This document shows, in pieces, positions 24,118 through 30,978 of a DNA stretch of 32,000 nucleotides. Each line of letters starts with the position of its first letter. Within the stretch, counting starts at the first letter, position 1. The position numbers were made by a program, and so were the translations under genes. The notes below the pieces were generated by a model. It was given only the letters and a program-made list of their open reading frames with translations. It ran no database searches and had not been told where the DNA came from. This DNA comes from Edaphobacter aggregans (lineage in GTDB: Bacteria; Acidobacteriota; Terriglobia; Terriglobales; Acidobacteriaceae): positions 5,460,001 through 5,492,000 of the forward strand of contig NZ_RSDW01000001.1 of assembly GCF_003945235.1 (NCBI RefSeq), read 5' to 3'.

Positions 24118-25911
24118 GTGAACAGGGTTGAAGAGCAATCGCAAGAAGACCTCTCGGTACCAATTTCGAGGGAACGAAGAAAACTATTAAGCGGGATTGC
24201 GGCATCCTGTGCGGCAATTGCGAGCACGGCGATCGGATTACCCAGTGCGTCGGCAGTTTCGGAAGCTGCTCCTCAGGTGGGGCAACAAGAATCGCCGGCA
24301 TCCTGCGAACGACGCAAGGTTGTTGCCTCAGACCGAGTGACAGTAGTAGAGACCAGCGCAGGGAAGGTTCGGGGATTCGAAAGGAGCGGGGTTTTCATCT
24401 TCAAAGGCATCCCCTATGGCGCGTCCACTTCCGGCGCAAACCGCTTTATGCCACCGATGAAACCGGAGTCCTGGGCGGGCATTCGCAATGCGTTGGCTTA
24501 CGGGCGGATCTGTCCGCAGGAAGATTCTGCACACTCTAATACGGATGGCAAGAACCTGGCGAACGCGGACGAAGATGCTTTCCTGCTTCATCGAGGGTAC
24601 GCCATCCGCGTACCTGGAGAAGACTGCCTGCGTGTCAATGTTTGGACGCCTGAGATCAATGGATCGGGTAAACGTCCGGTGATGGTCTACATGCATGGGG
24701 GCGGATTCTCTGGTGGTTGCGGCCACGATCTCCTTTCGTACGAGGGGGAGAGTCTAGCCCGGAATCACGACGTCGTACTCGTGAACCTCAATCATCGTCT
24801 GAATGTGTACGGGTATCTAAATTTGGAGGGTCTATTCGGTGACGAATTCGCTTCGTCGGCCAACGTTGGACTTCTGGACCTGGTGGCTGTGCTCGAGTGG
24901 GTGCGCACACATATTTCGATGTTTGGCGGCGATCCGAACAACGTCACGATCTTTGGCCAGTCGGGTGGCGGCGGAAAAGTTGCGGCCCTGCTGGCCATGC
25001 CTGCGGCAAAGGGTCTATTCCATCGCGCGATTATCCAAAGCGGACCATTTGTCAGAGCCTTATCGCAAGATTACTCACATCGCGTAGCCGAGACGCTGCT
25101 CGCTGAACTCGGATTGCAAAAATCGGAGGTGAGGAAATTGCAAAAGATTCCAGTGGACCAGCTATCGGGAGTTGCCGCGGAGGCCATTCGCAAGACGCCA
25201 CAGCCACTTTCTGTCCACCCCGATTCCTTTGGGGAGAGCGGATGGGGTCCGACAGTTGACGGCCACTCTCTTCCGATTCATCCTTTTGACCCGGGTGCGC
25301 CAGCGATCTCCGCCGACGTTCCATTGATCACGGGCACCAATCTCAACGAGAGCGTGAGCGGGCTCGACCATCCGGGCGCAAATGCCATGACCGCCCAGGA
25401 GATGAAGCGGCGAATTCACAAGATATACGGGAGTGACGCCGATGCCATCATCGCAGCGTATAAGGACGATTATCCCAATGCGGCTCCATTCGGTCTCTAC
25501 GCGACAATTGCGACTGCGAAATGGCGCATCCCGGCATTCAAGCAGGCGTCGAGGAAGGCCGCATTGGGTGTTGCACCTGCCTACTCCTACATCTATTCCT
25601 GGCGGACGCCGGTGCTGGACAATCGCCCAGGCACCTTCCATGCGTGTGAGATTTCTTTTGCTTTTGATAATGCAGAGATTTGCGACCACTATAGTGCAGG
25701 AGATTCGGCGGCATTTGTCCTGTCGAAGCAAATGAGCGCGGCGTGGGTTAGTTTCGCGCGCACCGGAAATCCGAATCACAGCGGGCTTCCTCCTTGGCCA
25801 CGCTACACGCAGGAGTCGAGAGCTGTCATGTACTTCGACACTCCCTGTGCGCCGCGCAACAATCCGGAAGGCAAGGGGCTCGATATTATCCTGCGGTCGC
25901 AGCCTTCGTAA
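24118..25911 (+). CDS. Type-B carboxylesterase/lipase family protein with Tat signal
   Basis: The start is GTG 24118, 6 nt after GGGAGGAG. The Tat-like signal is RERRKLLSGIAASCAAIASTAIGLPSASA. Motifs are FKGIPYGAS, EDCLRVNVWTP, VMVYMHGGGFSGG and IFGQSGGG (GxSxG nucleophile elbow). Confidence 0.9.
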   Translation: MNRVEEQSQEDLSVPISRERRKLLSGIAASCAAIASTAIGLPSASAVSEAAPQVGQQESPASCERRKVVASDRVTVVETSAGKVRGFERSGVFIFKGIPYGASTSGANRFMPPMKPESWAGIRNALAYGRICPQEDSAHSNTDGKNLANADEDAFLLHRGYAIRVPGEDCLRVNVWTPEINGSGKRPVMVYMHGGGFSGGCGHDLLSYEGESLARNHDVVLVNLNHRLNVYGYLNLEGLFGDEFASSANVGLLDLVAVLEWVRTHISMFGGDPNNVTIFGQSGGGGKVAALLAMPAAKGLFHRAIIQSGPFVRALSQDYSHRVAETLLAELGLQKSEVRKLQKIPVDQLSGVAAEAIRKTPQPLSVHPDSFGESGWGPTVDGHSLPIHPFDPGAPAISADVPLITGTNLNESVSGLDHPGANAMTAQEMKRRIHKIYGSDADAIIAAYKDDYPNAAPFGLYATIATAKWRIPAFKQASRKAALGVAPAYSYIYSWRTPVLDNRPGTFHACEISFAFDNAEICDHYSAGDSAAFVLSKQMSAAWVSFARTGNPNHSGLPPWPRYTQESRAVMYFDTPCAPRNNPEGKGLDIILRSQPS

Positions 25912-26106
25912 TTTTGCGCGATAGGATTAGCTCTTTCTTGCGTCACAAAGAGTGCCTGATCAACGCTGTTCAAAAGCCTGAAAACAGGTCTAGCGCTCGA
26001 TCACGACAGCCAGGTAAGGCGCTTGATCCAGAGAGAGAGACCCTTGCAAGATGGCCTCTCTTCTGAATCTTGTGCGGAGCCGGCTTCAGACATAGTGAAT
26101 GACGAT

Positions 26107-26218
26107 GTTCCGTATAACGTCAACGCGATCAATACGAACGGGAGCACTTTCTCAAGCACCCGCGGAGATGGTGAAGGCAATGCCTTCTCCGCAACCTTGC
26201 TGGGCGCTACGCAAGCGT
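26107..26218 (+). pseudogene. Relic of the first ~37 codons of the unassigned repeat domain of the GH95-like protein
   Basis: It encodes VPYNVNAINTNGSTFSSTRGDGEGNAFSATLLGATQA then stop. The intact domain reads LPYNVNAIYTNGTTFPSNGGADGVGNAYSATLLGASVA. There is no homologous sequence on either side. Confidence 0.65.
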
Positions 26219-26221
26219 AGC

Positions 26222-26283
26222 ACTCGTCAGGTAGGAAAGCGAAGATTGATGACGCGAACTTTATTGATGATGATAGGAGCCAC
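26222..26283 (-). pseudogene. Relic of the first ~20 codons of a fucD paralog
   Basis: The minus strand reads GTG GCT CCT ATC ATC ATC AAT AAA GTT CGC GTC ATC AAT CTT CGC TTT CCT ACC TGA (VAPIIINKVRVINLRFPT, then stop). FucD starts VTPITIDKVRVIDLRFPTS. TGA replaces TCA, and homology ends about 2 codons later, abutting the domain relic. Confidence 0.7.
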
Positions 26284-26354
26284 GAGCATCCTTCTATGAA
26301 AGTGCAGCAATGTCGGTGTGATAATCACGATACATGATGGTTATAAGCTATATG

Positions 26355-26410
26355 AATCATTTTTTATGATTGACAGATCAAATCTTGCGCCACTATGATG
26401 GCGCAAGATT
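26355..26410 (+). promoter_or_regulatory. Promoter of the six-hairpin GH gene carrying two palindromes
   Basis: AATCAT-TTTTT-ATGATT lies at 26355-26371 and overlaps TTGACA (26370-26375). The spacer is 18 nt and TATGAT is at 26394-26399. A perfect 12-6-12 palindrome AATCTTGCGCCA-CTATGA-TGGCGCAAGATT (26381-26410) is centred on the -10 hexamer. Confidence 0.5.
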
Positions 26411-26560
26411 GGGGTGAGATATTCGAAGAATGGTTGTATGTACCATTTGGGCGGTGAACCTTCCCCGACGGCTGCGGATTATTCAAGTTGGCTGTAGTCC
26501 AGCGTGGATTATTGATTACATCAACTTGAACCAACAATGAAAGGCAGCTCTGAGGGGAAG

Positions 26561-28837
26561 ATGACAAACGATCCAATTGCGCCGGGGAGCATCAGTCGGC
26601 GCAGGTTTTTGGGCACAACTGTTGCGGCGCTCTCGGTCGGCCTCGCCTCAAAAAAAGGACTTGCTAGCGGAGCGGAGCTTGGTGCCGAGCCGGAAGCCAG
26701 CCGGATCCCCACGCTGGACGAACTGGCGACCGGGTGGTTGGATTGCAGCCAGTTGGCTCATATGCCCTCCCTGCATAACTTTCGTGAGATGGCCGCCTGC
26801 GCACCCGATCTGGTGGGCGTGAATTTTTTACCCGGCGGCCAGCTCTATGAGGACTCAGGTCCCCGTTGGTACTTCTACAACACATTGCCACTCTGCCGCC
26901 TGCTGATCGACGGCGGGCAGTACGACAGCTCGAGCTGCCGCTGGTCTGCGTATCAGGCGGAACGGCGAGCCAAAGCCGGCGATCTGGAGGTACTCTCTAC
27001 CAACCGGCTGGTGATGGAGGACACGATCGTTCTTTGGCGTCTCAGGCTGATCAATACCGGATCGGCGGAGAGGAGCTTTCATATCGCCGTGGCCGCCGAC
27101 GGGGAGCTGAAACATACCGGCGCCGGCCTTGAGATTCAAGCGGTGGCTCTGTTGGATGAGGTGGTGGATCATTTCGCAGGGGGAGGCGCTCGTTTTAGCG
27201 TTGTAAGCCCCAACTCATTCAGCGCCCAGGATGCGAAATCGAAGATGACCGCGATCTACCGCTTTCTGGATGGGGCCGAAGCGAACCCGGCCGGGCCGGA
27301 GGCGCAATGGACGATGCTCCTAGAGCCCGGAGAGAGCCGCGAGATTCGCTTTCTAATGAGTGCAACCGATGTGAACGGCCGGCAAAGCGCTGAAGCGGAA
27401 CAGACCTCGGCTGCCTGGTTTGAGGCGCAGTGGGAGCGCACGAAGAGAGTCTGGGAGGAGCGATGGAGCGCCGCGTTCCAGCCGGACAACCGGTTCTTCT
27501 CCGGCAATGCGCCCGTCTTAGCCACCGACGACAGCGCAATTCGCGAAATCTATTATCGCAGTGTATTGACTCTGCTGGTATTGTTACGCACCAATCTGTG
27601 GAGCAATCGCACCTTTATCACCAGCGGCGAACGGGCCAAGGGTACCGTGTTTTATTGGGATACTTCGCTGTTCTCGACGCTCTTTGCCATGCTCGAGCCG
27701 AAGCAGATGAAGGAGCAGCTCAAGCTATTTCTGGAGCAAGATCCTCATGCGGATGCGGTGATCATCTTCAAGGATCAGCGGCCCCCTTCACCGGAGAAGC
27801 TGGTCGTGCCGGCGGGGTGGGACCTGCGCGGATATGCGGCCAACGATCTGTCAATCTTCCGGCTGACGTGGTCCTATCTCTGCGTGACGCAGGATATGGA
27901 TTTTCTGCGGGAGAAGATCGCAGATCAGACTGTGCTCGAACGGCTGCGCGTGCTGGCGACGAATTGGCAGAAGCTGCTGCGCGCGCCCGGGGATACTTTA
28001 GCCGATTATGGTGAGGCTGAGAACCTGCTGGAGTGCGTGCCGACCTACATTCACAAGGTGCCGTCGTTCAATGCGGCCGATGTTTGGATGATGCGCGAGT
28101 TTGCCGACATCTTGCAGGCGGTTGGCAAGCAGGACGAGGCTCGCCAAATGCGCGCCGAAGCTGATGCGATGGCAAAAGCGGTGATCAGTTTGTACGTTCC
28201 GGGAACGGGCGTCTGGGCGAGCCTTCATCGGGACGGAAGCCGCGTGGAGATGCGCCACTGCTATGACTTTGCGACGGTGGGTCGCTTCATGGCCGGCGAT
28301 CTTTCAGCCAAAGTGCGAGGGGAGATGGTCGGCTTCGTGAAGCGGGAGCTCTTGGCCCAGAGCTGGATGCGGGCGCAGTCGACGCTTGACCTGGCCGCAG
28401 CCAGTTCCGACCGTCCCGATCATGGATCGATGGGGGCATACGATGCATGGCCGGCGGTGACGGTGGATGCGATGTGCGCATTGGGTTACTGGGACGATGC
28501 AATTCCGTTTCTGCGGCGAACGCAGGCCGCGATCTACGAAGGCGTCTACGCGCAGGCGCGTGAGTTCTACGGACCAACCCGGGGCCAATATGATGCGCCG
28601 GTGCGGATTGCTCAAAGAGAAGGCTGTATGCGCGAGTGTACGGGCGGCGGCGCCTTTGCGGAAACCATTATCGGCACGCTCTTTGGCTATGCCGCCAAGC
28701 CAGGAGCCAAACTTGCGTTGATGGACGCCGGGGCGCGGCGCGGATTTCGCGGAGAGCTGCACCATGTGCGGCACGGAAGAGAGTTGGTTCGCATTCGATC
28801 CGGAGAGACCGGGGTCGATCTGCGAAAAGAAGCCTAA
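26561..28837 (+). CDS. Tat-exported putative (alpha/alpha)6 six-hairpin glycoside hydrolase, family unassigned
   Basis: The ORF is 26537-28837. ATG 26561 has GAGG 5 nt upstream. The Tat motif is SISRRRFLGTTVAALSVGLA. It has a predicted beta-rich N-terminal half and a helical C-terminal half. The segments GTVFYWDTSLFSTLFAML and DHGSMGAYDAWPAVTVDAMCALGYWDDA are reminiscent of GH63/GH37-clan enzymes. The family call is weak. Confidence 0.75.
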   Translation: MTNDPIAPGSISRRRFLGTTVAALSVGLASKKGLASGAELGAEPEASRIPTLDELATGWLDCSQLAHMPSLHNFREMAACAPDLVGVNFLPGGQLYEDSGPRWYFYNTLPLCRLLIDGGQYDSSSCRWSAYQAERRAKAGDLEVLSTNRLVMEDTIVLWRLRLINTGSAERSFHIAVAADGELKHTGAGLEIQAVALLDEVVDHFAGGGARFSVVSPNSFSAQDAKSKMTAIYRFLDGAEANPAGPEAQWTMLLEPGESREIRFLMSATDVNGRQSAEAEQTSAAWFEAQWERTKRVWEERWSAAFQPDNRFFSGNAPVLATDDSAIREIYYRSVLTLLVLLRTNLWSNRTFITSGERAKGTVFYWDTSLFSTLFAMLEPKQMKEQLKLFLEQDPHADAVIIFKDQRPPSPEKLVVPAGWDLRGYAANDLSIFRLTWSYLCVTQDMDFLREKIADQTVLERLRVLATNWQKLLRAPGDTLADYGEAENLLECVPTYIHKVPSFNAADVWMMREFADILQAVGKQDEARQMRAEADAMAKAVISLYVPGTGVWASLHRDGSRVEMRHCYDFATVGRFMAGDLSAKVRGEMVGFVKRELLAQSWMRAQSTLDLAAASSDRPDHGSMGAYDAWPAVTVDAMCALGYWDDAIPFLRRTQAAIYEGVYAQAREFYGPTRGQYDAPVRIAQREGCMRECTGGGAFAETIIGTLFGYAAKPGAKLALMDAGARRGFRGELHHVRHGRELVRIRSGETGVDLRKEA

Positions 28838-28869
28838 GCGACGCGAAGCACAGAAAGGGCAATTAGACG

Positions 28870-29655
28870 ATGACTGTCTCTTGGGGGCGAACAATCGCTT
28901 TCGTCCTTGCTACTGGAACACCTTTGTGCACTGCTTTATACGGACTACAATCGGCCACACAAGGGTGTAGTGGGAATTGCGTGTTTCGTGTTGGAGTCTT
29001 TGATGGTTCTTCTGCGGAATTTGTGCAAGGGCAGCCCAATGGGGAGGTAAGATATCTTTCCGGCCAGAGCATCGCGGCAAGAGACTGGTATGCGTTTCAA
29101 CCGGCAGCACTCTCCAAACACGTCGCGAAACCTGATCAGGGAACCGCGAGCCCCAGAACGATTCAGTTTCACCTTAAAGGCGATCTGTCCCGTGCATACA
29201 GACTAAAGGTGGCGCTTCTTTTTGAGGACCCGAGCGTCCCCGCAATGCGCCTGACCATTAATGACAAGACAGGGATGTATTACCCTGAGCCGCGGCTTGA
29301 TTCGCGGTTAGGAGATATTGCCGGGGCCCATGACACTGTTTATTCGAATGCTGCCATATCATTTGCATTCCCCGGGTACTTTCTACATCAAGGTCTGAAC
29401 ACCATCACGTTTCAGGCCGTAGAGATGGCGGATGAAGCCGTTCCTGAAGCTGGCTTTAGATATGACGCCATAGAGTTGGATCCCGTCGGAGCCGGATCCA
29501 CTCCCCTCAATTCATCGACTCGGATTAAGCCTACGGTGTTTTTTACGAAGCAAAGAGGCGGGCTCTCTGAACTCGTGAACGTGACCCCGCGCGCGCGCCG
29601 AACTGCAAAGTCTGTGGGTAATCGAATCCCTTACGCCACATCCAATAGAGGCTGA
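28870..29655 (+). CDS. Secreted PL4-like (rhamnogalacturonan-lyase-type beta-sandwich) protein whose 3' end runs into the IS110 remnant
   Basis: It has a signal-like N-terminus. The segments VGVFDGSSAEF...ARDWYAFQ, TIQFHLKGDLSRAYRLKVALLFEDPSVPAMRLTIND and GFRYDAIELD match the GxxDxSxxEF...DWxxxQ, YxLRxAxA and YDxIxLE pattern I recall from PL4-type lyase domains. The last ~37 codons (from about 29543) are antisense to the transposase 3' end, so the native C-terminus is probably lost. Confidence 0.5.
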   Translation: MTVSWGRTIAFVLATGTPLCTALYGLQSATQGCSGNCVFRVGVFDGSSAEFVQGQPNGEVRYLSGQSIAARDWYAFQPAALSKHVAKPDQGTASPRTIQFHLKGDLSRAYRLKVALLFEDPSVPAMRLTINDKTGMYYPEPRLDSRLGDIAGAHDTVYSNAAISFAFPGYFLHQGLNTITFQAVEMADEAVPEAGFRYDAIELDPVGAGSTPLNSSTRIKPTVFFTKQRGGLSELVNVTPRARRTAKSVGNRIPYATSNRG

Positions 29656-30700
29656 CGGCCAGTTTGCGTGCATGGCAACCTTAGCGATGCGACGGTCGCG
29701 ACGCATGGCCGGATGAACGAAGCGACGTCGCCAGTCGGGGTCCCAGCGGACAGCAGCCTGGTCTGCCTCCGTCAGTAGAAAGCGCAACAGAGAACTTCCT
29801 TGTTTGGTGATGTGCCCCAGTCGTTGACGATAGGCGCTGGAGTCCTCACAGGGAATGAGGCCCAGATAGCTACCTATCTGATGGCCGCAACCGAAGCGAT
29901 CCGGAGATCCAAGCACCAGCACAAAGGCCAGCGCTATGATGGGTCCCACGCCGGGATGCGTCATCAGCCGCAGTGCCTCGGGCCGTTTGCGTGCCTCTTG
30001 CTCGGCTGCGGCGGTAAGCTCGTCGATAGTTGTGTTCAATCGAGCCACCAACTCCAGCAGGTCCTGTCGGCGCCGTGCGGCCCACGGAGCAAGCGGGAGT
30101 GCCTCCAGTTGCCTTCGTCCGGTCTTGCTCCACAGTGTCTTTTTGCGCCGTACTCCCTGCAGCCTGGATTTGGTTCATGGCCCGCGTGCGCATCTGCACC
30201 AGGCGATGCCGATGCCAGATTAGCTGCCGTAGATCACGGTTCTCCGGAGTCGGGACCCAGATCCGGGGAAAGCGACTCTCTGCCAGTAGCCTAAGCAATA
30301 ACTGAGCATCCTGCCGATCGGTCTTTTGCTTGCGTACCCGAGCTGCCTTGATCTTGGCCGGATCCCCCAATCCACAGCTCGAACTTCAACTCTGCCAGCA
30401 ATTGCTCAAACCAACGTGCATGTCCGGTGGCCTCTATTCCAACACGCACCTTGACCTGTCTTCGCTGTAGATCGCGATAGAACGCTCTGCCTCTCCATCG
30501 CTGTGGTTCAGTCGCCGTTCGCCGGTCTCGCCCGTCTCCGTATCTAAAAACGCTACCTGCTGAACGCTTGGATGAAAATCCGCTCCTACAATGATCATGT
30601 TCGGCTCCTTCTCCCGAACCTTCGGTCGTCGATGCCCAGAGTCTAATCGCGCTTCGACAGAGCAAACACTGTTATGAAATCAAGTGGACTGGATTTGTAA
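29500..30700 (-). mobile_element. Decayed IS110-family insertion sequence (boundaries approximate)
   Basis: It contains a transposase pseudogene reconstructed from three track ORFs plus one untracked frame. No terminal inverted repeats or target duplication were identified, which is normal for IS110. The limits are therefore guessed from the coding region plus short flanks. Confidence 0.8.
29543..30598 (-). pseudogene. IS110-family transposase gene with at least four frameshifts
   Basis: Frame a runs from ATG 30598: MIIVGADFHPSVQQVAFLDTETGETGERRLNHSDGEAER. Frame b reads FYRDLQRRQVKVRVGIEATGHARWFEQLLAELKFELWIG, and the shift to frame c occurs at a G5 run near 30366. Frame c reads DPAKIKAARVRKQKTDRQDAQLLLRLLAESRFPRIWVPTPENRDLRQLIWHRHRLVQMRTRAMNQIQ. 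Frame d reads GVRRKKTLWSKTGRRQLEALPLAPWAARRRQDLLELVARLNTTIDELT...THPGVGPIIALAFVLVLG...SYLGLIPCEDSS...GHITKQGSSLLRFLLTEA...RIAKVAM. Frame e reads ARKLAVSLYWMWRKGFDYPQTLQFGARAG and reaches the ancestral stop at 29543. Confidence 0.85.
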
Positions 30701-30978
30701 ACACTGGTCGACTTCCCGTTACCAATGTTGGCCTTGAATGCTTCGATCAATAGTTTTCAAGTTTCTTTTGCAATGAGTTCTCCTCCGTTGAGTCTCGGCT
30801 TGATATCAAAATAGGTCTCTCTCCAATCGAGAGATTAAAATTACCGCTCATAGTTGACCACCCTTCAGTAGGATCGAACGAACCTGCAGGAACATGTAGT
30901 TTCGTTGTTCACGAAACGGGGATAGCATCGCGGTGTACTCAGGTCGATTCCGCACAGCGGAGGCGAGGAGTCACGGCG

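Larger units (their letters stand above)
26222..26445. repeat. Copy 2 of the duplicated fucD-5'-end / bidirectional promoter / leader module
   Basis: See copy 1 at 10757-11050. Confidence 0.8.

Noticed and set aside
23445-24301. ORFs 23445-23633 minus and 23807-24301 minus
   Set aside because: They have no SD and low-complexity Arg/Pro/Ser composition. The second overlaps the well-supported Tat signal region of the esterase gene on the other strand.
26395-26454. Possible conserved leader peptide: MMAQDWGEIFEEWLYVPFGR here and MIAQNWVEISEEWP at 10998-11042
   Set aside because: The ATG is part of the -10 hexamer, so it should lie upstream of the transcription start. All five codon differences between the copies are nonsynonymous and the lengths differ. 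The conservation is better explained at DNA/RNA level.
30664-30706. AAACACTG direct repeat (30664-30671 and 30699-30706) as an IS target-site duplication
   Set aside because: Both copies lie on the same side of the transposase gene only 35 bp apart, which is not the geometry of a flanking duplication. IS110 elements usually make none.
30869-30891. tRNA T-arm-like string (minus strand GCAGGTTCGTTCGATCCTAC) near the IS110 remnant, as a possible tRNA-gene target relic
   Set aside because: The stem is imperfect (GCAGG/CCTAC) and the loop is 10 nt instead of 7. There is no acceptor/CCA context and no D or anticodon arms.
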